Made by a program: the position numbers and the translations under genes
IMG/VR virus record: IMGVR_UViG_3300021964_000016
Source: a virus
Strand: one strand, 5' to 3'
DNA length: 64,000 nt
In this document: one piece after another, positions 19,809-28,340 of the stretch
Position numbering within the stretch: position 1 is the stretch's first letter
Layout: each line of letters begins with the position of its first letter
The notes under the pieces: model-generated
Database searches by the model: none
What the model was told of the DNA's origin: nothing
Seen by the model: the letters and a program-made list of their open reading frames with translations, nothing else

Positions 19809-20055
19809 AGTGAATAATTTTTACGATATCCTTGCGATGATCGTCTGGCGTACCTTTCTTCCCGTAACGACCATTATACTTATCAACATTACCGAGGAAG
19901 AATCCAAGTCCATGACCACGATCTACAATTACCTCTGAAGATTGCAATCCGCCTTGACCATAATGCCCTTTATAAGTTGAATCGATGTACTCGATAAACT
20001 CTTTGATTAATTCGTCTTCGCGAAATTTGTATACGCTCTTAAACAAACTCGACAT
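19747..20055 (-). CDS. DUF3310-like protein
   Basis: HY...GFFLGNVDKY..RYGKKG...D..K...Y pattern. Confidence 0.65.
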   Translation of the reverse strand: MSSLFKSVYKFREDELIKEFIEYIDSTYKGHYGQGGLQSSEVIVDRGHGLGFFLGNVDKYNGRYGKKGTPDDHRKDIVKIIHYGFLALYEHDRIHGDNDGLG

Positions 20056-20980
20056 TTGCCATTACCTCCGTCAAACAAGCAACCATGTTCAATTCAGAAT
20101 CAGCAACAAAGGCATTTTTATACTGATAATCTGCGAGGACAAGAACTAGTTGCGGGATACTGTTAGGAGTGACCACGTCATTCATAGAATCATAGATCTC
20201 TCGAAAAATAGAAGCAGAGTCTACGTCCATATTATTAGCGACCCAAACTCTCATCTGTTTAAAATCCTTTGCTTTGAGATGTTTGAATAATTCTGTCATA
20301 TTACCAGAGGTAGAGTTACTCAACACGTCTAGTTGCAGTTGTCCATTTCTACTATGACGTTGCAACTCATTGAGTATCCTCCTCCAGTCAGGAGCATGAC
20401 GCATAATTAATTCAGCAAGGGTTGAAGGGTCTGAGGGGACGAGCACATTCTCGTCTTTCAGAATATCCGTCACTCTCTTCATAAACTGTTGGCAAAGAAT
20501 TACCATATCTTTTTTGGTTGTGTTGAATTCAAACACACCACAACGACTGTGCAATGGTTCAATAATTTTATTTTTGAAGTTACAAGTGAGGATGAACCGA
20601 CAGTTTTTTGAGAATTCTTCTATGAATCCACGCAAGGCAGGTTGGGTTGATTGCGCGTTCAGGTAATCTGCCTCATCTAAGATTACGACTTTGTAACCTC
20701 CGCCCAGAGAGATAGTTGAGGCAAACTGTTTGATCTTTCCACGCAGAGTGTCAATGTTACCAGACTCTGAAGCGTTGATCAGGATGTAGTCAAGGTCAAG
20801 TTCGTTACAGATGGCACGAGCAACAGTCGTTTTACCAAGACCTGCTGTGCCAGTGAAGAGCATGTTTGGGACTTCGCCAGTGGCGACTATTTCTTTGAAG
20901 GTTTCTTTTAGGTGCTTAGGGAGAATACACTCAGAGATAGTTTTTGGACGATATTTCTCACACCACAATTCGTTCATCAT
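20039..20980 (-). CDS. 44: clamp loader large subunit (gp44)
   Basis: WCEKYRP, GTAGLGKT, DEAD and SRC motifs. Confidence 0.95.
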   Translation of the reverse strand: MMNELWCEKYRPKTISECILPKHLKETFKEIVATGEVPNMLFTGTAGLGKTTVARAICNELDLDYILINASESGNIDTLRGKIKQFASTISLGGGYKVVILDEADYLNAQSTQPALRGFIEEFSKNCRFILTCNFKNKIIEPLHSRCGVFEFNTTKKDMVILCQQFMKRVTDILKDENVLVPSDPSTLAELIMRHAPDWRRILNELQRHSRNGQLQLDVLSNSTSGNMTELFKHLKAKDFKQMRVWVANNMDVDSASIFREIYDSMNDVVTPNSIPQLVLVLADYQYKNAFVADSELNMVACLTEVMANVEFV

Positions 20981-21086
20981 AGATGAAACTCCATAATATA
21001 GATTAATCTCAAGTACAGTACACTATTATACTGATATAAAATAAAAAAGCAAGGGGGGATTTAATTCCCCACCAAAAAATATCGCA

Positions 21087-21812
21087 TTAGTAGATTTTAC
21101 GCCAATCGAAATTTATGGTGGGGATGCTCGCCCACTCACTCTGGGATTTGTTCCTCTTCCAGACCATTTCTAAAATATCTTTGATGTGCTTCTGGTCTCT
21201 TTGAACAACGCTGAGGTCATCAGGATAGTAGGTTCCTGTAATAGTGTCATCAGTGTATACTGTCCTGCCCATACGATTGCAGGGGAGATTGTTTTCAGTT
21301 AATTCTGGAGTGCAAATTTGATCTAACCTCTCTCTGAAGATTTTATCGCCCATATGGTATCCTCTAAGTTCTTCATCGTATCCTCCTGCTCTCCAGAAGT
21401 CCTCGGTTCTAACACAAAAGATATTACCAGCGTCTCCGCCAAGTAGGGAAGCAACTATAAAACTCCCCTCCGGAGTGCTCTGGACTCTCTCGAGGAGTTC
21501 TTTAGTAAACCCCTCAGTCAACTCCACATCAACGTCTATGAAGAACAACCAATCGCCTGTTGCCTCTTGTGCAGCAAGATTTCTAGCACCATGAGCATTG
21601 AACCCAAAGTCAACGTCTATTCGATAGAGAGATAAATTAGCATACCAGAAAATGCCCTCGGCATCAAATTCTTTAATGATTGGTTCTGCTGGATAATCAA
21701 CGGAACCGTCATCAACTATGATTACCTCATCGAATAACTCTATCCAGTCATTCATGAGTATACCACGAAGTCTATTTGGATCTTCGTAATATGGAATACA
21801 GAGACTTATCAT
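21087..21812 (-). CDS. glycosyltransferase family 2
   Basis: IPYY, IIVDDGS, ARN, FIDVD and GGYDE. Confidence 0.85.
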   Translation of the reverse strand: MISLCIPYYEDPNRLRGILMNDWIELFDEVIIVDDGSVDYPAEPIIKEFDAEGIFWYANLSLYRIDVDFGFNAHGARNLAAQEATGDWLFFIDVDVELTEGFTKELLERVQSTPEGSFIVASLLGGDAGNIFCVRTEDFWRAGGYDEELRGYHMGDKIFRERLDQICTPELTENNLPCNRMGRTVYTDDTITGTYYPDDLSVVQRDQKHIKDILEMVWKRNKSQSEWASIPTINFDWRKIY

Positions 21813-23014
21813 ACTTTTCTCACACTCACTGCTGAACAACGACCACCGAATCCAAAACTTGTTTTCATCATGTGATCGTAAGAATATTTTTGGGGAGAGA
21901 ACATAAACTCAAAGTGTCCATCATTGGGAAATGGTTCTTGTAACCCTGCATTACCTGGAACCATATCGTCTCGCATCGCTTCGGCACCAAGGACCAACTC
22001 AGCGAGGCAACTAGCACCCATCAAATGACCGATCTGCCCTTTGTTGCTATAAATTTTACCAGAATCGTAGAAATGACGAAGAACATTATACTCAATAGGG
22101 TCGCCTAATACAGTGCCTGTACCGTGAGCGTTCAATACAGAATAGTCTTTGGGGGAGACATTAGACTGCCTCATCGCTTCTTTAATTGCTATCTTCCCAC
22201 CGATACCTTCGGGAGAAGGAGCAGTCGGATGCCCTGCGTCACTAGAAGTCGCGATACCGTCGACGACCCAGCGAATCTTTGCCTTTCTTTTAAGTGCAGA
22301 GTCAAGTGGTTCTATTACGAGATAAACACTACCCTCGCCCATCACCGTCCCATTACGAGAAACGTCCCATGGTTTAACCTCAGAGGTTGGACTTAACGCA
22401 CCCAACTGTTCAAAATAGTACATAGTGAGACTGGCAGTCATATGATCAGAAGCACCAATTATGGCACAATCGTGTCCTTGCATCAAATAATTTCTACCAA
22501 ACTCTAATGCTTGAACGCCACTGATACAAGTAGCAGAAACAACGCAGGAAGGACCATGTATCTGGTATCTTTCTGAGATAAGATTGCCGATATATTCATG
22601 AGAACTACTCAAAAGAACTTTTGGGTGAACCTTCCTTGATGCCTTTCTTGATAGTTTATCAACCCAAGCATTGTAAGTGGTGACTCCACCCTGGATGCTC
22701 CCTACAACCACAGGGGTCTCTTTCGGTAAGTCTATCCCACTCATCTGTACTGCTTCGTCAACTGCCATCATGCTAGTTTTAATGACAGGGTCAGAATAAC
22801 GGAGTTCTTTTAGATTGATGTGCTTACTTGCTTGCTCATCAGTATATTGAGAATAGAATATTTTAGTGCTTTTAATCAATTCCGATGATAAGTTATCAGG
22901 CGGGATTCTGTTATCTGACGAACCTACTGTCATGTCAAAGAGGTTCTGCATATTTTCGGACAAATTGCTCCCGATGGGAGAAACAATTCCGACTCCAGTA
23001 ACAGCAATTTTCAT
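21809..23014 (-). CDS. fabF: beta-ketoacyl-ACP synthase (FabF/FabB family)
   Basis: VTGVGIVSPIG, catalytic ATC, AHGTGT, GHLMGA and SFGFGG. Confidence 0.88.
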   Translation of the reverse strand: MKIAVTGVGIVSPIGSNLSENMQNLFDMTVGSSDNRIPPDNLSSELIKSTKIFYSQYTDEQASKHINLKELRYSDPVIKTSMMAVDEAVQMSGIDLPKETPVVVGSIQGGVTTYNAWVDKLSRKASRKVHPKVLLSSSHEYIGNLISERYQIHGPSCVVSATCISGVQALEFGRNYLMQGHDCAIIGASDHMTASLTMYYFEQLGALSPTSEVKPWDVSRNGTVMGEGSVYLVIEPLDSALKRKAKIRWVVDGIATSSDAGHPTAPSPEGIGGKIAIKEAMRQSNVSPKDYSVLNAHGTGTVLGDPIEYNVLRHFYDSGKIYSNKGQIGHLMGASCLAELVLGAEAMRDDMVPGNAGLQEPFPNDGHFEFMFSPQKYSYDHMMKTSFGFGGRCSAVSVRKV

Positions 23015-23067
23015 AACAAAACTCCAATCAAATAGAGCAGTTTTACCACATGCTCAGGTAGTAAAAC

Positions 23068-23274
23068 TCAACTCTTTGAAACGTAATGGTTGATTTCTTT
23101 CGCCATTTTAACGATAGAATCAAAGGAAGGGTACTCTGGCATGTCAGGGTAGAATGCCTCCTCTTCCATCTCATATTGGTGTAACACCGCATCTCTTTTT
23201 GCGTGATACTCGTCTATGAGGATTTCTTTCGCTTGTTGGAAAATTTCAAACCTAAGTTCATATGGATTAGACAT
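23068..23274 (-). CDS. hypothetical protein
   Basis: 68 aa; strong AAGGAG RBS; flanked by predicted RNA pseudoknots. Confidence 0.75.
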   Translation of the reverse strand: MSNPYELRFEIFQQAKEILIDEYHAKRDAVLHQYEMEEEAFYPDMPEYPSFDSIVKMAKEINHYVSKS

Positions 23275-23307
23275 ATTAGTCTCCTTGTGTGTTGTGTTAA
23301 GTGTGTT

Positions 23308-23376
23308 GAGCAGTTTTTCACATACTCAGGTGACGGTGCGTACCGACCAGAGCGAGTTTAGAGTCATCTCGAGACT
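23308..23376 (-). ncRNA. candidate structured leader RNA with two H-type pseudoknots
   Basis: AGTC-TCGAGAT-GACT-CTAAA-CTCG and TCAC-CTGAGTAT-GTGA-AAAAC-TGCTC; begins at the predicted TSS. Confidence 0.5.
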
Positions 23377-23382
23377 GTAGTA

Positions 23383-23411
23383 ATTATACTTTATCTATAA
23401 TGAAAAAGCAA
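23383..23411 (-). promoter_or_regulatory. sigma70-like promoter
   Basis: TTGCTT-N17-TATAAT. Confidence 0.6.
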
Positions 23412-23735
23412 CTACTTTTTTCCGGACCATGCTTGAGCACCAAAGAACGCTGCAACCAAACCAGCAACAGCGACAAAGTATGTAGGTGCCATGTCGCCAA
23501 GAATATTTGCTGCTTTGTCCATACCGATAAATTCCGTACCGACAACAGCGAATGGATACATTAACATACCAGCAAGAGCAAACCAAGTCATGCTTCGTTG
23601 TGCGTCCCGCATAGCATCTTGGTCTTCAAGTTCCTTGCGGCGAAATTCCATATACATTGCATGCTCTTCTTCGCTAACCTTGCCATCACCATTAGTATCT
23701 GCTGGGTGAAACCCTACCTTTTCTTCTTCTGACAT
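23412..23735 (-). CDS. EF-hand membrane protein (holin-like topology)
   Basis: DTNGDGKVSEEE EF-hand loop followed by two TM helices. Confidence 0.6.
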   Translation of the reverse strand: MSEEEKVGFHPADTNGDGKVSEEEHAMYMEFRRKELEDQDAMRDAQRSMTWFALAGMLMYPFAVVGTEFIGMDKAANILGDMAPTYFVAVAGLVAAFFGAQAWSGKK

Positions 23736-23744
23736 TCCGGACTC

Positions 23745-24221
23745 CTAGTTATTTAATGGATTGTCTAGTATGAGTTGAATCTTTTCTTCAAGATCCTTCC
23801 TGACATCACGAATGTCTTGGTCCACAGTTCTCAATCTATCATTAACCTTTTGCTCAATCGCATAAACATCATCCCTGAGTTCTCGTTGAGTCGAAGCAGT
23901 TTCATCGTCTACTTTACGAGCAAGTGCTTCTACTTTGTCCATATCATCATTCAATTTCTCTTCAGTGGCATCCAACTTCTTCTCCATCTGTTCAACCAAT
24001 GCTTGTAAGGATGCCATTGTTTCACTTTGAACTGCTAATTCTTGTTCAATGTGCGATAAATCTGGAGCAACATATTCTTCTATCTGTGCCTTCATGTTGC
24101 GATAGTCATTATAAAATTCGAACGCACCCCATGCACCACCACCCAAAGTTGAAAGGGCAGTGACCAAGACCACTGCCTTTCCTCCTCTAAATGTCATTCC
24201 GGCGAATTCAAATTCTGCCAT
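23745..24221 (-). CDS. membrane-anchored coiled-coil protein
   Basis: N-terminal hydrophobic segment followed by a long heptad-rich region. Confidence 0.65.
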   Translation of the reverse strand: MAEFEFAGMTFRGGKAVVLVTALSTLGGGAWGAFEFYNDYRNMKAQIEEYVAPDLSHIEQELAVQSETMASLQALVEQMEKKLDATEEKLNDDMDKVEALARKVDDETASTQRELRDDVYAIEQKVNDRLRTVDQDIRDVRKDLEEKIQLILDNPLNN

Positions 24222-24224
24222 TTT

Positions 24225-24383
24225 TTATCCCTTCTTGAGTAACGTCCAGATGCCGTAACCGATTGCACCTAGTGCTGCCCATTTTGCCAATGGACCGAGA
24301 AGTAAAACAGAACCTCCAATGGCAATCAATACTGCGCCATCTAATGAAGTTCTTTCCCCGAGTCTTCCTTTTAACCAGTCCAT
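24225..24383 (-). CDS. 52-aa membrane protein
   Basis: manually translated MDWLKGRLGERTSLDGAVLIAIGG...LLKKG; AGGAG RBS. Confidence 0.6.
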   Translation of the reverse strand: MDWLKGRLGERTSLDGAVLIAIGGSVLLLGPLAKWAALGAIGYGIWTLLKKG

Positions 24384-24384
24384 A

Positions 24385-24972
24385 TTATTCTCCTATTTTA
24401 CAGTTGCGTTTACGGTGTCCGTTCCATGCCACAAAACCTCCTAAGCGAAGTGCCCAGTATGCTAAGTAATTCATGAGATGAAAACCATTTTGCTCGATGT
24501 TAATATCACGGAAGATGATATCTGCATCTTTCTGAGTGAGGGTATGAGAAGTCTCCTTTCCTCCTTTCTTTAGTAGCATCTCATATTTGTAGATGTAGTC
24601 GTGTACCAAACCCCCAACTAAAAGTACACCAACGGGAGACAACCATGATGCTAAAAACTTAGGAACCGATGCCCCGTCAAACGTGAACCCTTTTGGTATC
24701 ACATAGTTTTGACCGTGAATAGTGAAGTGATAATCTTTGGTGATCGTCCAAGTGCGAGTACCCATCAACCACATAAATATTGCTCCCCAGAATCCCTTCC
24801 CAGCTGTGGGAATGACGATAGGTTGCATGTGAGGCATTTCCTTTGCACTGAAACCAATTAGTTCTTTGTCGTTGTCGACACCAAACATGTTAACACAGAG
24901 TCCAACAAGTATGAGTGCTCCGACAATAGTAAACTGCCACCAAGTGATCATTAAGTCTAGGATAATTTCCAT
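24385..24972 (-). CDS. DUF1353-family protein
   Basis: IPKGFTFDGASVP, LVHDYIY, ADIIF and ALRLGG. Confidence 0.75.
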   Translation of the reverse strand: MEIILDLMITWWQFTIVGALILVGLCVNMFGVDNDKELIGFSAKEMPHMQPIVIPTAGKGFWGAIFMWLMGTRTWTITKDYHFTIHGQNYVIPKGFTFDGASVPKFLASWLSPVGVLLVGGLVHDYIYKYEMLLKKGGKETSHTLTQKDADIIFRDINIEQNGFHLMNYLAYWALRLGGFVAWNGHRKRNCKIGE

Positions 24973-24980
24973 AATTCCCC

Positions 24981-25421
24981 CTATTTCTCGAATTGTAGGT
25001 TTTGTAAGTTTTGTATTTCTTGCCTTAACTTTATAACTTCAAGTCGTTTCTTTTCTAACTCTAGTTGATACAAAGCATCACAATTCAATCTCTTCTTTGG
25101 CGCACCAATCGGGATAGTTATCTTTCCATAGACACCAACATCTCTTACAAAGTCATTGTTATTATAATAAAAGTTTGGATCACTACTTGCTAAGTTGTAG
25201 AGAGGATCATTTTGATTCATGATTCCAACTACACCAAACTCAACGTTAGTCGAAGAACCTATAGCAGCAGAACACTCAACATCACCCGCTCTCACGCGAT
25301 CGTTTTGAAAGTTCTGTCCACTCTGAGGTATACTCAGGTTTATTCCGTTGGATTGCGCATATGCAGAACCAACCCCAAACCCAAATATGAAATATACGAA
25401 TACAACTAATACTCTTCTCAT
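24981..25421 (-). CDS. secreted protein with C-terminal coiled coil
   Basis: signal peptide ending AYA; two Cys. Confidence 0.65.
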   Translation of the reverse strand: MRRVLVVFVYFIFGFGVGSAYAQSNGINLSIPQSGQNFQNDRVRAGDVECSAAIGSSTNVEFGVVGIMNQNDPLYNLASSDPNFYYNNNDFVRDVGVYGKITIPIGAPKKRLNCDALYQLELEKKRLEVIKLRQEIQNLQNLQFEK

Positions 25422-25792
25422 TTCACTTTAGAGCATATTCTAGAAGAAACTACAGTTCTAGTTTCTTTGTCAGCAACAATTTCAGATCTAGAACATATGT
25501 AAACTACCTTGTCCGCATCTCTAACTCTTATGTAAATATTTACATTTTTTCTATCCAGATACTTTAGTCTCACAGTTCTCTGGGTAGCGGCGAATGGTAC
25601 TGGTTCAAAATCTTCATCAAACACTTCAAAAGAATAATACTCTACGTCCTCTCTTCGATTAAGTAGGTGCATTTCAGCACGTAAAACAGATGGAACAGAA
25701 GATAGTTCCAACTTAGGATAAGTTGGCACCCATTCGTGAGCAAATACTTGCCCACTAAAGAAAGATGCCAGCAATGCCATAACATATATCAT
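25418..25792 (-). CDS. secreted protein, possible pilus-chaperone-like Ig fold
   Basis: signal peptide ending VFA; beta-strand pattern and two ICS motifs. Confidence 0.55.
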   Translation of the reverse strand: MIYVMALLASFFSGQVFAHEWVPTYPKLELSSVPSVLRAEMHLLNRREDVEYYSFEVFDEDFEPVPFAATQRTVRLKYLDRKNVNIYIRVRDADKVVYICSRSEIVADKETRTVVSSRICSKVK

Positions 25793-25795
25793 GGT

Positions 25796-26293
25796 TTACA
25801 ATGCTATACAAGATGCTTGTACAATTGCAGTGTAGGTTCCACCAGGGAATGCTTTGTTAAACCCGTAACTTGCTTCTGAACTTACTTTGAACCAAGTGCT
25901 ACCAGTGTAAGAAAGATCTACTTCAGTGGTCGACTCGTACACAATTTTATCATTATCATAGGCAGACATCTGAGCATCAGAAACTGCTTCTACAGAAGTA
26001 GAACCTGTCCATGCTACGGTGTCATTCAACGTTGGACTCTGCGAGAAAGAAGTTGGATGGGTTATAACTGCTTTGTAAGCATCTGCTATGATTACGTCGT
26101 ACCGAACTACTGGTTCAACTCCACCATCTGCTGCGTCAGTACTCAACACGTCAGAGGTTGGGTTTCCATAGACACCCTGCTTATCTGTTGTGACAACGCA
26201 TTTAGACTCCACGTTACCTATGATTGGAGTCTCTATCGCCTGAGCACAAAAAGATGCCGAGAGCATAGTAGCGATTATCGTTTTCTTGAACAT
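25796..26293 (-). CDS. secreted fimbrial/pilin-like protein
   Basis: signal peptide ending AQA; GNVESKC near the N-terminus and GGTYTAIVQASC at the C-terminus. Confidence 0.55.
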   Translation of the reverse strand: MFKKTIIATMLSASFCAQAIETPIIGNVESKCVVTTDKQGVYGNPTSDVLSTDAADGGVEPVVRYDVIIADAYKAVITHPTSFSQSPTLNDTVAWTGSTSVEAVSDAQMSAYDNDKIVYESTTEVDLSYTGSTWFKVSSEASYGFNKAFPGGTYTAIVQASCIAL

Positions 26294-27180
26294 TATCGTT
26301 CTCCTAGTTTATATTGACTTTTCACTAATTGTTGATGCAATAATTGTTGTGTAAATTCCAAACGACGACCACGTTTATTCCTCGGTAACGTCGCGTCTTT
26401 CAATGTAGTTGTTTCTTCATATATTGTATCTGGTAATTGTACAAAGTACCCTTGCGAAAACTGATTCAGTGCCATCTGTTGATTGTGCTTTGCGGTATCT
26501 TCTGCTGTCTGTAATGAGCGATTCACGATACCCAAAACATTCTCTAAATCTATTTCCTCTTCTCTTTCTTCATCATCTTGCGCAACTTCTTTTCGAGTAC
26601 GTTCTTCTTCATCTTCGTCACGCATCATCATATCCCTGTCAATTTCATCTTGAACAAATTGATCGTCAAGGGGGTCCACAATTTGTACTGAGGGTATGTC
26701 TGGAACCTCAACTTTATATCCAGGACAATCTGGGTTTGATTGTGGGTCAAAACAAGTATCGTACTGATAAGAGTAGAACACAAATGGGTCGGTCACCTCT
26801 CCATTTCCCTCTACCTCTATCGAACCTTCCCCCCAATATTGTATCGGGATTCTAGCAACGGGCACAATCTTATTGATTGTGTTCCCTGGAATACCTGACC
26901 AATCGTCAGAACTCCTGAATGTATATCCGCCATCTATCGGGTTCTCGTTTTGAACGTGAACCACCATTTGGTCTTGTTCTTCTTTTACAGTGGTGTATTG
27001 ATACACCACTCCGTTGACAGTCAACCCTGCTTGTGCAGGCAGTATATTGGTCATCACCCAATTATACCCTGCTTGTGCAGCATTGTTTGTTGTACCAAAT
27101 ACTTGCTCAGAGTAGGAGTAAGAGTGCCAACAAACCAGCGATGCCGCCACTAGCAACTGCTGTATCTTTTGTCTTTTCAT
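26293..27180 (-). CDS. secreted protein with beta-rich N-domain and acidic/coiled C-terminus
   Basis: signal peptide and CFDPQSNPDCPGY motif. Confidence 0.6.
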   Translation of the reverse strand: MKRQKIQQLLVAASLVCWHSYSYSEQVFGTTNNAAQAGYNWVMTNILPAQAGLTVNGVVYQYTTVKEEQDQMVVHVQNENPIDGGYTFRSSDDWSGIPGNTINKIVPVARIPIQYWGEGSIEVEGNGEVTDPFVFYSYQYDTCFDPQSNPDCPGYKVEVPDIPSVQIVDPLDDQFVQDEIDRDMMMRDEDEEERTRKEVAQDDEEREEEIDLENVLGIVNRSLQTAEDTAKHNQQMALNQFSQGYFVQLPDTIYEETTTLKDATLPRNKRGRRLEFTQQLLHQQLVKSQYKLGER

Positions 27181-27706
27181 CTATCCCTGCCTCTTCCGCT
27201 GGACTCTCGACACTTTTACCTTCTGCCAACCACGCTGCCTTTGCTTCTGCGCCGATTAACCCATCATATGGGCAAGGAGTTCCCGCATGCATCATAGCAT
27301 TGAAAACCCTTTCGTCTTGACACATAACAGAAACAGCGGCAACCTTCATACCCATATCATATAGAGTTTTGGCATTCTTCAGACGTTCACAGTTTTCATC
27401 TGTGAATTGAGTTCCTGTAGAGACACCCAATATCTGAGTTTGTATCGCGCCAGCAACTCCAAAGGTACAAAGGTCAGAGTTAGAAGTATTTATTGTTGGG
27501 GTGATTGCCGAAGCAGGAGGCGACTTCAATCGAGTAGTAGTATTACCGTTAGTTGTGACAGTGCTATCTGTAATAGACTCTGTTCGTATAACGTCGTTTA
27601 ACGATTCTTCTTGACCGTAGACGAGTTCAGGCATCATACTGACAACAAATGTCGCTATTACCGCAAATATGCATATGCGGATTAATGATTTATCTAATTG
27701 GTGCAT
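27107..27706 (-). CDS. secreted/membrane-anchored Cys-containing protein
   Basis: signal/TM segment, SPPASAITP, four Cys and a hydrophobic C-terminal tail. Confidence 0.65.
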   Translation of the reverse strand: MHQLDKSLIRICIFAVIATFVVSMMPELVYGQEESLNDVIRTESITDSTVTTNGNTTTRLKSPPASAITPTINTSNSDLCTFGVAGAIQTQILGVSTGTQFTDENCERLKNAKTLYDMGMKVAAVSVMCQDERVFNAMMHAGTPCPYDGLIGAEAKAAWLAEGKSVESPAEEAGIDEKTKDTAVASGGIAGLLALLLLL

Positions 27707-27789
27707 ATCATTACCTTAATATAGAAATTATTATTGTTCTAAAGTAATGACGAGAAATACTGTGAGTTAGAATCAGATCAATTCGAAGT

Positions 27790-27797
27790 TATTTATA
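27790..27797 (-). promoter_or_regulatory. T4-type late promoter
   Basis: TATAAATA upstream of the secreted-protein operon. Confidence 0.7.
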
Positions 27798-27823
27798 CAA
27801 TATTATACTGTAAATGTCAAGCA

Positions 27824-28171
27824 TCAATTAAAATAATATCTTACTTCTGTTTCAATCTTACCAACCCAGGTGCCTGATCCAATATGATCCATTTGGCGAT
27901 CTTCTACTTTACCTTTGACTTCAAATGCGTCAAATTTGAATTTGTATCCTGCTTCGAAACCAGTCCCTATGTTGCCGTCACGTTCAGATGCGCCCGCTTC
28001 AATGTACATGTTGTTGTCAAATTTGACTCCAAGACGCAAATCATTTACAGATGAGTTGTGAACATAGTCTGTATCAATAAAACCCATTGTGTTCTTATAT
28101 TCAGTATAGTAGCGTGGATCTGCCATTACGGTAGATGAAATAAGAGCAATTGCAATGGTTAGTTTTTTCAT
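27824..28171 (-). CDS. small outer-membrane beta-barrel-like protein
   Basis: signal peptide, amphipathic strands (GFEAGYKFKF) and aromatic C-terminus EVRYYFN. Confidence 0.65.
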   Translation of the reverse strand: MKKLTIAIALISSTVMADPRYYTEYKNTMGFIDTDYVHNSSVNDLRLGVKFDNNMYIEAGASERDGNIGTGFEAGYKFKFDAFEVKGKVEDRQMDHIGSGTWVGKIETEVRYYFN

Positions 28172-28220
28172 TATTGTTCCTTTCGTAATAAAACTGTAAT
28201 ATTTCTATACCCCAGAAACG

Positions 28221-28248
28221 ACAAAAGAGACCCGAAGGTCTCTTTTGT
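28221..28248. terminator. intrinsic terminator hairpin (UUCG loop on minus strand)
   Basis: ACAAAAGAGACC-TTCG-GGTCTCTTTTGT perfect inverted repeat. Confidence 0.75.
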
Positions 28249-28257
28249 ATTCACAAA

Positions 28258-28265
28258 TATTTATA
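28258..28265 (-). promoter_or_regulatory. T4-type late promoter
   Basis: TATAAATA. Confidence 0.55.
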
Positions 28266-28340
28266 CTTGAAATGCTCTAGAAAAGAGCAAGGGAGGAAAT
28301 AAATGCCCCGTTTGGTAGAGGTGGGGCAAACCTCAAAGGT

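Noticed and set aside
23035-23376. CRISPR array or known riboswitch (preQ1-like) call for the repeats
   Set aside because: There are only two near-identical copies and no spacer periodicity. The fold is pseudoknot-like, but I cannot match ligand-binding consensus nucleotides.
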